From Monocercomonoides exilis PA203 (taxonomy: Eukaryota; Protista; Preaxostyla), in the NCBI GenBank assembly GCA_001643675.2, contig LSRY02000003.1:806001-870000 (forward strand): a stretch of DNA of 64,000 nt, read 5' to 3'. Under the pieces are notes generated by a model, which saw only the letters and a program-made list of their open reading frames with translations, was not told where the DNA came from and ran no database searches. Position numbers and translations under genes: made by a program. Positions 1 to 12,840 of the stretch are shown here, piece after piece; positions within the stretch are counted from its first letter, which is position 1, and each line of letters begins with the position of its first letter.

Positions 1-3000
1 AGTTTGACGTTGAATTTATATGATGTGCTGAGTGAGCTGCTTTCGAGAGAGCTGGAGCTGCTACGTGTGGCAGATGGCTGAATCACATTTGATTCATCTG
101 AATCTGACACGAGTGAAATGAGTGGAAGAAGCAGAAGTGACACCGATAAGAATGAATATGGCTAGGAAGTGGATGATGATGATGAGGAGGAGAAAGAAGA
201 AGAAGACGTGGAGTTAGACAGGATTCTCAGTGCAAAGATATTTTTGACAAGAACACGGGCCAGCAGGCAGACACCGGAAAAGAGCAGATCTGTTTTTGAA
301 TGAAACGCCTCGTTCACATTCAACTCTGCAAAAATGAGAGAAAACAGCTCAGTCGAAACAACATTCAAAGCAGCTGAGATGAAAGAGAGACAGAAGAAGG
401 AGGCAGTTACGAAGTTGAAGGAGAACACACTGAAACTGAAACATTGAAGGATCATTCCGACAATCAAGCCGGCTGACATTCTGCTACCGACTTATCTTGT
501 TCAGGAAGAGGAAAGAAGGGAAAAGACACCAAAAAGAAAGATGTGGCCGAGAGGGAAAGGGAAGAACGTGTATTATTTGAAGTGGAATGAAGAGAGGAGA
601 GAGAAAATGAACGGAGCAGGTTCTGCATACACCGAAGAAGCAAAAGAAGATAGTGAAGACGAAGACAATGACGATAGCGATGATAGTTTCGTTAGCGATG
701 AAGAAGATTATTTCGATATATCACGATCTGCTGACACATCAAATGCCGATGAGACAGACAAGACGATAGAAAGAGAAGAAGACTCATACACACGCCCTGC
801 CCTGCGCTTCCCTCACAAACAGCCAAAGATGTTTTCATCGACATCCCAAAAGAGCAACCAGAAGAAGTCCCGTGTTTTTTTCTCACCCACTCCTACCATT
901 GCCAGCGGAGAGCTCAGTCCAATTCATCTGCAGTTCACCTTTCCTTCAGCCAAGCCCACGAAGGAAAACGAAGAAAAATAAGACGAGAACGTAATTGGCT
1001 CAGACGGATGCAGAGAAGCCAGGCAGAACCCGCACAGAAGACGCAGCAATCACAGTTTGGCTGCTGTTTCAGTGTCACGAATTCATCCTGTCTTGTCTGA
1101 TATCAGAGCAGCACTCGGCAGATCAACGCAGACATGCCTCAGAACAGCTGCGGCGAACGGGTTTGCCACGGCTTGTTTATTAGCGAGTTTGCCTAGCCAG
1201 ACAGGTTACGCTAATATTAATTCCAATGGAGGAGGATGTAATGATGGAAGAGGGGATGACTTTGGGATTATCATTCTGTTTGGGAGGAAAGGCAGACTGA
1301 AGACAGGGCTGGAGACGCTGTTTGTGCGGTCGATGCAGAAGATAAGGCAAAAAGAAGGTGCTGCTTTGCTCCACTCACTCGGAAAGGCGCTGTACCATTT
1401 TTTTGACCACCTCAAGTTGCCGCAGATTCTGAAGCCCATTACGATTCCATCATCTCATGCCGGGGCAACAGGGGGAATATTGGCGAATGATGCGAACCAG
1501 TTTCTGAATCTGCTGTGTGTGGCACGAGGCTGTTCAACTTGGGAGGAGAAGATGCTGTGAAAGATGCACAACTGGTGGAGAACATGAGAAAGGAGATTAG
1601 TTTGTGGAGAGGAGAAGGAAGCGCAGCTGTGGAAGGAGTGTACGAGGCGAGAGACACAGCTGAGCTGTTCTGCGAAGAGAGGTGAATCTACAGCAACGAG
1701 TTTGAAGTGCATAAAAAGATCAATAGAGATAATGGTAATGGCATCTCTTTAATTTCAATTGACAATGAAACATTGACAATCAATACGAATATTTACTGAC
1801 CCGCTTCTGTTTGCTTCGTCTGTCTTTATCAAAGACAAGTAAATATTGCCGTCTGCCTCAGAAAATGCAATTTTTGATACTCTACAGAAAACAGCATGCG
1901 TCCCATCCATCGGAGAAACTCTATTCGAACTGACAGATTCAAGACACACAAGGTTGCTCCGCTGCACATTGAACGAACACAGAAAAAAGAGAAACATTCG
2001 ATTCTGCCTTCTTCTTTCAAGTTTTCATGGGTGCTTATTGTCAATGCGTTCCATCTCATGCTTTCTCATCCACTCACTTCTATCGTCCGCACTCTGCTTT
2101 CAAAGCTGCTTTCAGCATCTTTCACTTCATCTTTCGTGTTCTCCATCCCTTCTCTATTCACCTCCTGTGTCACTTCTATTTCCATTTCTCAGTCCATGTC
2201 ATCCTCCAGCACAACACCTACCATCATCTCATTCTCCACGCAGTCACTCATCCCTTCTGCCGCCTCGTCCAATCGACTGCTGCTTCGTCTGCTGGCAACG
2301 CGCGCTGCACTCACTGCTGTTGTCACCACTGCTTACCGGCTGATGGTAAAGAAGGACTTGCTCCATAAAATATCAACCATATTCGAGACACATCCTGCCC
2401 AGACACCTTCTTCTTCTCCTTCGATGTTCATTTCTGCCTCTCTCATCCAGCGATTGGAGGTTGTTGGAGCTGCAATATCACAACAATCCACACCATCTGC
2501 TTTATCTTCTTCTGCTGTTCAGCAAACATCTGAGCCTCAGTCTACTTCATTGGTATCGAATGTTGCAACAAACGCACAGGAACAAAGTGGATCTTCAAAC
2601 GCTGCTGCTGATGGAGCTAATACAACTTCTGTTTGCAGTGAGATGAATGCTTCAGGAGCAGCAAGTGGAAGAAGAGGAGAACTTCCCTGTCAGATGAAGA
2701 TTGGCCAATTCTCAGCTATTCTTCAGCATCAGCTTCAGACAAGCGTAACCTCCTCTCAATTTCCTCTCTCTTCTCTTTCGACATCTCCTTCTCCTTCTCC
2801 ATCTTCTCCGTCATTCACATCAAAAAATTCTCCATCCACAGTTTCCATCCCTTTTCCTTCGACTCATTATTTTCCACTTCAGCATTGTCAACGAACATCT
2901 CCTTCTTTTTCTTTTCTCCCAGCCATCTGGAACAATTCCTAAGAATTTGATGATGCGAAGTCAACTTTCTCGAATTTTTTCTCATTTGTTTTAGGATGCT

Positions 3001-5252
3001 CTTTCATCTTCACCTACAACTGTCCTCCTTGCTCTGTTTATTTCACAGCAACAATCTGATTCAAAGTTATCATCATCATCATCTTCTTCTTCTTCTGCTT
3101 TCTTCCTCATATTCCTCTTCTTCTTCTTCTTCTTCTTCTTCCTCTTCCTCTTCTTCCTTTTTCTCCTTTTCTTCTTTCTTATTTTCAACTTCTTTATCTT
3201 TTTCATCTTCTAAATTTTTTTCTTCCTCTTCTCATCAACAGCCACTAATTCCACAAACTGAATTATTTTTGATTGACTGTGCTGACAGAACAGCAAATCG
3301 AATAATCCTTGCTGAAGACAAAGGAGAAAAAGATTTATTTCATTATAAACAACTCTGAAAGTGAACGGATGTGATGGAAGGAGAATGAGGGAATAGAAGA
3401 AATGTGTTCAAGATAAGTCAAAACCGAAAAAACAAAAAAAAAACTGGATGCTCCTTTGTCTAACTGTTCTTCAACTGTTGCTGAGAGCCAAAGAAAGAGA
3501 AAAATTGAGAGAGAAAGGGACATATTTTGAAGAAGAGTCGAAGAAAAACAGTTTTGATTTTCGAAATTTATTGCTTAAAGAACTAATGATATCGTTGCAA
3601 TTGGGGAGGATGGAAGCAATAATGGAGGGAGGGGAGAGAAAGAGTGAATGAGTGAGAGTGAGAGTCAAAGATGAAGAAGATTCTAATTATAATAACGCAA
3701 ACACATAAGAACAAGAATCTTAGTGAAGAACGTTGAACAAGAAGCATTATTCATTTCAATTTGAACAGTTTCAAGAAAAGTTGATTAAAAAAAACAAGAA
3801 TTTTTATCTTTTGTTGCATAATCCTCATACCAATCTTCATCACGACCAATTGAATGCGAGGAAGCTGAATGTTGAGGTGTCCAAATGCCTGGCTATTTTG
3901 TGATTTCTTTTTCTTCTACTCCAGATAAACATTTGCTGTAACGTGTTCAAATGCAACTCACGTCACTATCATAGCAGAACCTCCTTTGATTATCACCAAT
4001 CATCTTCTTCCTCTTCTTCCTCTTCCTCATTCTTATCAATTTCTTTTTCGACTTTTTTTTAATTTTTCTTCTCCATCGACTTTTTCTGATATTTGGGCTT
4101 CTTCTTCACGTTCATTTCTAACTTCTTCATAATAACAAAAAACATCATTTTTCACTTTTTCAGAATCATTGCTCGCTTCATTCGATCGGATTTCTTCATT
4201 TTTTGCATATGGTTAAGATATTTTTTTGAATAAAGATGGCATTTTGAAGAAAAAAAAACTTGTTGAAGATAATAAGATGATTGTTAAGTGAATGAAGAGA
4301 ATCAAAATAAACAGAAAGATAAATTTATTAAAGACAGAATATTATGAATGGAAATCGGATAGGAAAAAAATTGAAGAGATTTCAAAAGAAAAAAGTGTAA
4401 AATAAAAAAGATGAAAAGTTTGAAGAGAAAACGATGATGAACCAGAACAGAGTTCGACAACAAAGCAAAAAGCAGTTCGTTGAATATCTGAATCATTCTA
4501 TCAGTTACTACATTCATTGCAGCCTTTAAGCACAAATACGAAGAGCGAGGAAGGGAGCTGATAGTCAGTGCTCCGTTGAACTCATCCGTTGTAGAAAATC
4601 CACTTATAAAAGCACGGGAACGTGCAGTCTCCTTTCCAAAGCGATGCAATGTTGAGTACTACGGTGCATGAGCAGATGAGGTTGCTGTGTATGGAGTGGT
4701 TATTCTGCATAGCGCTGTTATTGTTAATGAGTTGAAAGATGAAGACGTGAACACAACTTCAAAGCTTGCCAAGAGAGATTGCAGTGAAGATGGAACGCAT
4801 CATACTAAAGGAGCTTAATGACTGATTCAACAAAGAAAGATGAGAATGACAACGCTGAAACCAACAATGTCGAGATCTGTTGCAATGAGATGCTTTGGGG
4901 AGCAGCTGGAGCAATTGTCAAACACGAGCAGAGGCTAGAAAAACGGATAGCAGAGGTGTTGATGCATGGGAGAAAGAGGAATGAAGCGAGGAGAGCATTG
5001 AGAGGGATGAAGTTTAAGAGAATAAACAAGAAAAAGGGAGAAAAGAGTCTTAAGGGAAAAGCTAGAGATATGCTGAGAGGGCAGAAGACGAAAGAGTGGG
5101 TGGATGAGAAGGAGGAGTGGAAGGAGAAGTGGCAGTGGGTGGGGATGCAGGTGTCGAGAAAGGTGACAACAGTAGAGCATCTGAGGAGGAAGACATCCAG
5201 ATATATTAAAAAGACGATGAAGAGGATGGAAGACAGAGAGAGAAAAAGATGA
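1..5252 (+). pseudogene. Mosaic of decayed, low-complexity coding-like fragments (Ser-rich, Glu/Lys-rich); no recognisable domain
   Basis: Short ORFs (541-981, 1896-2942, 4818-5252) have coding-like purine/GNN bias but frequent stops and frame changes. No motif recognised. Confidence 0.3.
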
Positions 5253-5441
5253 AAAAGTGCAAGTAAAGATTTTCGTTTGATGGAAGCTTTTTTTGTGCAA
5301 AAAATGAAAATTCACAAATTGTATTGTTCAATTTTTAAAATAGTGATATTTTTTTATTTTCATCTGTCACTTCTTTTGACAAATAAATCCATAAGAGTTC
5401 TTTTTTGAATTATTTGTTTTTAAATCGTAATAATCAACAAA

Positions 5442-5763
5442 GGCAAGTTCCAAATATATGGACCTCGGATTTTTCTGATTTCTTTTGAATAAAACGATAG
5501 ATAATATGATGTTAATTAACAGAAAATTACTTTCATTTGTCGAAAATTAGATTTAATGAACTTCACAACAGAAAATTTGACCTGTCCCATATTTTTATTT
5601 TAATTATGCAGTAAACAAAAATTTGCTGGTAAGTGGGATGCACTGAGAAAATGTTTTTGAATCTTATTTGATCTTATTAAATGCATCATTTTCATTAACT
5701 GAGTGAACGTTGATTTTTTTTTCCTTAAAAATAGTCGTTATTTTCTCGTGAGAATTTCATTTG
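5442..5763 (+). repeat. Left 322-bp terminal inverted repeat
   Basis: Reverse complement of 7471-7792; identical on manual comparison. Confidence 0.95.
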
Positions 5764-6599
5764 CATGTTTCCTTAACAGATATTTTATAAAACTTAAATA
5801 ATAATCAAATAAGGCAATTGAATGACCATGAATATAAAATTATTAATCTAACATATTTTGTTGGTTTGATGCTCTTCTTAAATCTCTCAATTTTTTCTTG
5901 CAATGAAAACAAATCATTTGATTCCTTTTGAACATTTCGAAGAGCTTTTATTTTTTTAAAAGCTTTGATTACAAAAAAATATGATTTGAAGAGCGAATAT
6001 TGAAAATATTAATTGAATAATTAAATTAAAAATAAAATTCAATTATTGAATTTTGCACATATTTCATTCGACAGTTTTGCAACAAAAGAATTACACTTTT
6101 TTAATTGAACATTCCTTTCAACAAAATATTTCAATAGTGTCAGGTCAAAAAAAATAGAATCTCATAGAGAAAAAATTTGATAACCACAACATTAAAAATT
6201 GACTTTTTTTCAAACCTCAACATAAAAACTCATTCGTAGCCACTTTATCTGCTCTTTCCCGTTGCCACCTCGGAAACATCTCCATCATTTCCATATCAAA
6301 ATCCTTAACATCCTATTTGCAATAATAACAAGAAATGTCTCACAAATCTGACAATTAATGTTTTCACTTTCATCGTCGAGCAACAAGCACAATTATTTCA
6401 ATAATCAGATGCTTCCATCTTTGTTTCTTCACCTCTTCAACGAGTTTTTCTTTCCATATCCTTCAATTCTGTTTTTAAAAGCCTTAATGTTCCTTCAGCT
6501 ATAACATTAATAAGAAATTGTCCTTAAAAAAACTATGGTGATCTGTTTGAAAAACTCCTTTCATTAGTCCAATTTTCTCAAAATATCTTTTCCTCCTCA

Positions 6600-7285
6600 A
6601 CCATTTCTTTTCATCGTCCAATTCTCACATCCATCCAACGTATCTTTTCCACCTTTGTATCTATATTGAATTCAATGTTCTTTTCCCACAGTTCTTCAAA
6701 CAGGAGTGTGAGCATCATCATCATTGTGGCTCCTCAGAACTCAACCACTCTATTCCTCTCTCGCCCGATCCGCCAAGCATCTGACACCTCGGTTTCTGCC
6801 TTTCCTTGCTACAGCATACTAATATCCTCAAACTCCATCTCATGATCCGCCATTCTTTTTTCATTCTCTATCAGCCTGCATTCCACCTTGCGCGACTAAC
6901 GCTTAAGTCCATAGCCAACGATCGAGTTTGGCTGCTCCACATTTGCACACTTCCATTAAACATCCCTGTTTCTCCTTTCCAGAAAACTCATTTCAATTGT
7001 GTCTTTCGGGTAAGCAAAAATCAGATCAAGAAGATTCATTGGTTATTTCAATTGTTTACACCGGCGAACCCTGTTGATCTCATTCTGCGGTGCATTTCCA
7101 TGCTTGTCAAAGCTTATCTGGAAGTGGGTCTGATTGATCTGCCTCCACAGATTGTCGCGCACCACAAGCGCATTCAAGACAATCAACTCTGTGTTTACAT
7201 CAAGCATTTAAACACAACCAGGATCATCTGCTTTCATGACATTTTTGCTGTTCCAATCCATTTCCAACGTGATCTTGTAAATTTT
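6600..7285 (-). pseudogene. Decayed cargo reading frame inside the long-TIR element
   Basis: A minus-strand frame (...MDWNSKNVMKADDPGCV*MLDVNTELIVLNALVVRDNLWRQIN...) runs ~200 codons without frameshift but with several stops. It is exactly antisense to ORF 6806-7303. Confidence 0.4.
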
Positions 7286-7470
7286 TCATCACTTTTTCTA
7301 TAAGAAGCGTCAGATGCATGTGATTAAATAAATGTTGAAATACAGTATTATATGAAATGAAAAATCGAAAACGAAACATATATTGAATCATTTCTCAACA
7401 AATATATTACAAAATGAGTGTCAAAATGACATCAAACATGTTTTCGAATGGAATACGTTTGTAACACGCA

Positions 7471-7792
7471 CAAATGAAATTCTCACGAGAAAATAACGAC
7501 TATTTTTAAGGAAAAAAAAATCAACGTTCACTCAGTTAATGAAAATGATGCATTTAATAAGATCAAATAAGATTCAAAAACATTTTCTCAGTGCATCCCA
7601 CTTACCAGCAAATTTTTGTTTACTGCATAATTAAAATAAAAATATGGGACAGGTCAAATTTTCTGTTGTGAAGTTCATTAAATCTAATTTTCGACAAATG
7701 AAAGTAATTTTCTGTTAATTAACATCATATTATCTATCGTTTTATTCAAAAGAAATCAGAAAAATCCGAGGTCCATATATTTGGAACTTGCC
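7471..7792 (-). repeat. Right 322-bp terminal inverted repeat
   Basis: Reverse complement of 5442-5763. Confidence 0.95.
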
Positions 7793-8244
7793 TCTACAAA
7801 CTGTAATTATCTTGTTAAATATCTTGCATAACTATCATATTTGTGTTTTTGTATTTTTGTTAATTGTTTGTTTTCAACCAATATTTTATGATCTTCTATT
7901 TCAATTTTTAAATTTCTTTGTAATAACATCATAAAACTAATTTCTACATAAAAAATTGATTGATTACGTATTGTTATTAAAATTCTTATGTTTTAGAAAC
8001 CAGTGAACATATGTTTTGTTCTATTTATTGAATTCTCGATATCTTCGTATATTTTTTAATAATTTTTAGAAAATAAGTAACAAAAACGATTGGAAACAAA
8101 TTAAAAACAACAAATAATTAATAATTATAATATATTAAACTATATTTTCATGCAAATTTAAAAAAAAATTTTCAAATAAACCGAACCCTTAATTAAAAAT
8201 AATTATGATCAAACTTCGTAATTTTTTATGATATCAAAAAAAAA

Positions 8245-9530
8245 CACCCATATTGAAAAGTCTTCTTTTTTAAGAAGCTTCTCTAATGTGAGCAAGTCGT
8301 CCATATTGAAGTGAGTATGCTTTTAAGCAGCATTCAGGGAGCGACAGTTAAAGACTTGGAGGTATTTTCCGTTCTTCTAAAAAATGAAGAACAGGTTGCT
8401 GAGGTATTTGACTACCGATTTTTTTTTTGCTCCCTGAGAATTCTGGCTTGAATTCCTTCCTTTACCCAGCGCGCGCATTCTTCTCGCTCTATTTCTGTGC
8501 CGATGAATCCTTTTCCTGCAGCAACTTCTTTTTCTAGTTTTTCTCTTTTATGCTTCCTCATATAACCAGCTTAATTTTTATGGAAATTATTCATTTCACT
8601 CGCATGTCTATCCATGCCTGGTGGAAGAATATCATTCTTCCTCTAATGACACCCTCTGGTTTTCCTACTGGGAGGGCTTCCTCCCGACAAAGCGTTTTCT
8701 GAACTTGCTTGTGCTCTTGTTTCTTCTTCGATTCCATCCGCTTCCGCGCCATTTGTTGGGTTTTGCAAAGTTCTCCCCCCGAAAAAACCGCCTTCTCTGC
8801 GAGATTCTCCCACGCGAACGGCCTCCGAAGCTGCTCCTGCATGTGGATATCGGCTGTGCTCGTTTAATAACTTCTTTTTGGTAATCTGGAAGCAAGGGAT
8901 CATCCATTTCCTTTCTTAATGCCTTTGCTTCAGCGAAAACCTGACGTCCTGCCACTCTCGTTATTCTGCTTTCCTGTAATGCTGCCGTTACCAGAGTGAG
9001 TGCATCTTCGATTGGTATCTTCGCTTCTACGTGTGCTGCTTCTCTCGCCAATAGAAGGGCATCAATGGCAGGGCAGAGCTTCTTTTCAATTCGCTCCCCT
9101 GCTTGATCCAGGGCATCCGATGCCCACTTTGCTGGAAACTCGGGTTTGCGAATTGACGAAGGGATGAACGGAGCAAGTGGAATGGAATTATAGAATTCGA
9201 TCGTTTCTGCTACATCTCTCTTGTCGATTGGAACGTCAAAATTTAATGAGATAAAACGCTACCAAAGAAATCTGCAGCCTTCCTTTCCAGGATAACTTGT
9301 ATTTTTTCTTCTTGGAAACTGTCATTTTTTTCACCTTTTGATTGTGAAGATGACTGCTGAATCGATGCAAACGGTTCAAGCTGAGTAATTTTGTGTACAA
9401 AAACTCGGTGTAAAAAGAAGATTTTCTTGGGATGAAGCAGAAGCACTGGAGGTGAATGAAATGATGGAAAAATTGCCCACTGGTCGAATTATCTGAATGA
9501 CAGATATTTCTTTTGAAATGTGTCCCATTG
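8245..9530 (-). mobile_element. Truncated DIRS-like (tyrosine-recombinase) retrotransposon: gag-like ORF overlapping the N-terminal part of RT
   Basis: A gag-like ORF with an Arg/Gly-rich end (8665-9240) overlaps a second frame, IRGRMIFFHQAW (cf. DIRS VGGRL..F...W). This is followed by YLSNLFFIF*KNGKYLQVFNCRSLNAA*KHTHFNMDDLLTLEKLL, matching the DIRS RT start (S.lF.v.K..G..R.v.D.R.LN......F.M). It breaks off before the first catalytic Asp. Confidence 0.7.
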
Positions 9531-9860
9531 TGCTTTGCGAATTCAAAAAATAATATAAAGAAAAAAATTTTCCAGTCACTTCATAAAATCAGTTAAATCA
9601 AATAAAAAAAAAGCTGAAGATAAATTGCTTGTTGAGAATTCATGAAGTTTTGTAATTTAATATCAATTTTTCATCATTTGTGATCTTTTTTTGATCAATT
9701 TATATTAAGTGATTTTTGAATCAATCAATAAATCAATCAAAAAAAAAGTTATTTTAGGAACTTGATCATGCCAAATTAAAAAGAAGATTATTTAATAACA
9801 ATAAGAGTTGTTATAAATTAACTTCCATATGTATTATCACAGTTATCAAGAATTGCTATA

Positions 9861-10101
9861 TGTCAAAATTTTTTTGAAAAGTTCCATTTGTTGAATTTTC
9901 AAATAAATAAAAAATTTCATATTTCTTTCAAATTTCTGTTTTCACTCACGAAACCACACCCATACGGATAAAATTACTTTGACAAGGATTTATTTCAATG
10001 AAAGCAAAATTTGGTGAGTGGAAACAGAAATTTGATAGAAATATGAAATTTTTTATTTTTTGAAAATTAAACAAATGGAACTTTACAAAAAAATTTTGAC
10101 A
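9861..10101. mobile_element. ~240-bp MITE with TGTCAAAA...TTTTGACA termini (copy 1)
   Basis: ~90-bp imperfect inverted arms. A homologous copy lies at 33632-33876. Confidence 0.8.
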
Positions 10102-10347
10102 TATCGTTATTTGAAACCATTTTTGACAAATTGTCAAAAACTTTTCCGTCATTTTGTAAGAGTTTCAATTTTCTGTATTCATCTCACACAGGTCTGCTAT
10201 CGAGATAGGGCGAACAATTTTGAAGAATATTATTTTCCATTTTTTTGAACAGCTTTGCACAAAAATACCGCAAAATTTAAATTGAAAAACTTACAAAAAT
10301 CCAAATATATATAAATTTCATCACATAACAATCTAATACAATCAAAC

Positions 10348-11840
10348 GGTATAAGGGTACAATATGGTCATATGAGATTTTCCATTTTTTTATCACAAAG
10401 GCAATTCTCATTAATTACACTGTTGTTGTGTGGTGTTTTTTTTCAACGGAAATTGTTTGTAACAATAATATAATTTTTGAAAAATCTCTGTTTTTCATAT
10501 ATTTATGGGTTTGATCGAAACAAAAAAATGGAACTTGTTCCTATTCATTTTGGAACAGAAAGTATTTCTGAACAAAATAAGGTGTTCTATAATGAATATT
10601 CAACGTGGACTTGGTTTCTCACTCATATTCTGGAAAATAAAGTCCCTATATGCCCAAAACATCGAATCCAAAAGAATTGTTATAAGACAGTATCAAACAA
10701 CAGATTTTGGAAGTGCCCAAAATGCACAGAAAAAACATCAGTCTACAACAATACTATTTTTGAAAATATGAAGACTCCATTAGGAACAACATTCTTAATT
10801 TGTTTGTACTACTGGCTAAAAATTCCAATTACAACGATTTCAACTATTCTTGGCGTTGGTAAAAAGACAGTGGGATTTTGGGGGAGCGTCATTCGTGTGT
10901 GCTGTTCAAAATTATGGAATTCTACACAGAGAGTTGTTGGTGGAGAAGAAAATGTAGTTGAAATCGATGAGGAGATATGGAGAAAGCGAAAATATGGAAG
11001 AGGGAGAAAGAAGGATCAGATATGGATTTTTGGCGGCGTTGAAAGGCTCGAAGGCGGAGGAGCAGGATCTCGCTTTATGACCATTGTGCCGAATAGAAAA
11101 AAAATCACATTGATCCCAATAATCCAAAAATACATTCTGCCGAAAACAATGATCATTTCAGACGAATGGAGAGCGTATTCATGTTTGGAATCGATTGGAT
11201 ACGGGCATCAAACCGTCTGTCATAAGAAAGAATATGTGAACAAAGAGACTCATACATGCACAAATACGATTGAAGGCCTATGGTCACATTTAAGAGCGTC
11301 ATTTCCACGTTTTGGAACTAGAAAAAAATTTATTTCTGATCATATCGCAATGTATTTAGTGAAATCCTCGATGAAGTTGAGCTTTTTGGAACTAATGAAG
11401 CATGTTTCAAAATATAAACCAGAAAAAGAAATAGAAGAAATGGAAAATGAAGAAGAAGAAGAAGAAGATGATGATGATGATGAAATTGACGAAGATGTGC
11501 CTTTTATTGAAGATATATTGGGAAATGATGAGAATGAGACTGATAAAAAAATGGAAGAAGATGATTCAGATGGTGCTGGCGATGGAGATAGTGCTTCGGA
11601 ATATTCTCCATAATGAAAAATATATTTTTTTTTCCATTAAATTTTTAGAAAATATAATTTTTCATTTTAATATATTTCATCTTCCCAATAAAAATTATAG
11701 AAAATTTATTTTTTGTATTTATGTTCATAAATAAGTTTCCGTTCAGAACAAACAACACGCTCATGCTTTGTTTGATATTTCTGATGCTTCTATACCAAAA
11801 AATATCAAAAACTCACATGACCATATTGTTCCTTTATGCC
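10348..11840 (+). mobile_element. Complete Merlin (IS1595/ISXO2-like) DNA transposon
   Basis: ~33-bp TIRs: ggtataagggtacaatatggtcatatgag versus right-end reverse complement ggcataaaggaacaatatggtcatgtgag. Perfect 8-bp TSD AATCAAAC at 10340-10347 and 11841-11848. Confidence 0.93.
10528..11613 (+). CDS. Merlin/ISXO2-like DDE transposase, apparently intact
   Basis: Zn ribbon (CPKH...CPKC), HTH, VEIDE, KYGRG, WIFGGVER, IISDEWRAY, HQTVCH, TNTIEGLWSHLR and an acidic tail. First ATG at 10528. Confidence 0.93.
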   Translation: MELVPIHFGTESISEQNKVFYNEYSTWTWFLTHILENKVPICPKHRIQKNCYKTVSNNRFWKCPKCTEKTSVYNNTIFENMKTPLGTTFLICLYYWLKIPITTISTILGVGKKTVGFWGSVIRVCCSKLWNSTQRVVGGEENVVEIDEEIWRKRKYGRGRKKDQIWIFGGVERLEGGGAGSRFMTIVPNRKKITLIPIIQKYILPKTMIISDEWRAYSCLESIGYGHQTVCHKKEYVNKETHTCTNTIEGLWSHLRASFPRFGTRKKFISDHIAMYLVKSSMKLSFLELMKHVSKYKPEKEIEEMENEEEEEEDDDDDEIDEDVPFIEDILGNDENETDKKMEEDDSDGAGDGDSASEYSP

Positions 11841-12840
11841 AATCAAACAATTTTTAAAAACACAATTTTCAATTCCACCTTCAAATTCATCTTCATAAAA
11901 ACTATCTTTGTTCAAATTTTGAGATATTACTTTAAAATCTAAAATCCAACCTATATTTTTGATAAGAAATAATTAATTGAAAATGAATAAATATTGAAAA
12001 ATTCATTTAATTAATAATTTCTTTTGAACAGTTTTCATATATATAAATGAATATGAATAAATTAAAAATTTTGACAAAAAGTGTTATTTTGAAATTCTTT
12101 TACAGTTAAAACTTTAATCATGAAAATTGTCAAATTCTATTAAAAAAATAATTTTTTCATTTTTGCGATCAAATAAGAAAAAATAAAAATTTTAATAATT
12201 AATATTATTTAAATAGTTCGAAAATGCTAACTGCTTTTATAAAAATTTATCTATTAATTGATTGAAATATATATCTAGAATTTAAATTTGGTTTAATATA
12301 AAATATATGTAAGGAGTTTATATGTTAATAAGTGTAACTGACAAATATAATCATATCATGTTTAAAATTTTGATCAAGTGATTTTAAAATTTTAAATGGA
12401 TTTGAACAAATTGAATGTTTTTCAGAATTTTCAAATGTAGATTAGAAATACAAGAAAACCAAAATTTGTATTGACTTATAATTTCAACTGTGTTTTCAAC
12501 TATTTTAGTAATTATTAAATTTTAAATTACTTTTTGTTATTTAAATAGTTATTATTTGCGGAAATATATATTATTAAATAGCATTTTGTTATTGTTTCTG
12601 ATGTAAAATATGAATATTTTTGTTTACAGAAAGTGATATTTTAAAAAATGAATTTGAAATAAATAAAAGTTTATAAAAAAACTTTACAAGATTTGAATGA
12701 GAATAAAAGATGAAGATTAAAAATGTTTTTTATGAAATTTGAAAATACGGAACATAAAAAAAAATTATTTATTTGTTTATGATTTAAAAATTTATGTGTT
12801 AAAAATGATATTTTTGGAAAACAAGTCACATAATTTTATT

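Larger units (their letters stand above)
5442..7792. mobile_element. Non-autonomous long-TIR DNA element (Merlin/IS1595-like termini) carrying decayed cargo
   Basis: GGC...GCC termini. 322-bp inverted repeats at 5442-5763 and 7471-7792. 8-bp flanking direct repeat tcaacaaa/tctacaaa (1 mismatch). No transposase motifs inside. Confidence 0.8.

Noticed and set aside
6600-7285. Run of five TAA/TAG stops without frameshift, suggesting TAR=Gln recoding (known in some metamonads)
   Set aside because: Intact genes here end in TAA or TAG (Merlin, nitroreductase, 43537 gene). Other pseudogene stops replace non-Gln residues (e.g. Lys at 16189 versus element 2). TGA stops also occur in the same frame.
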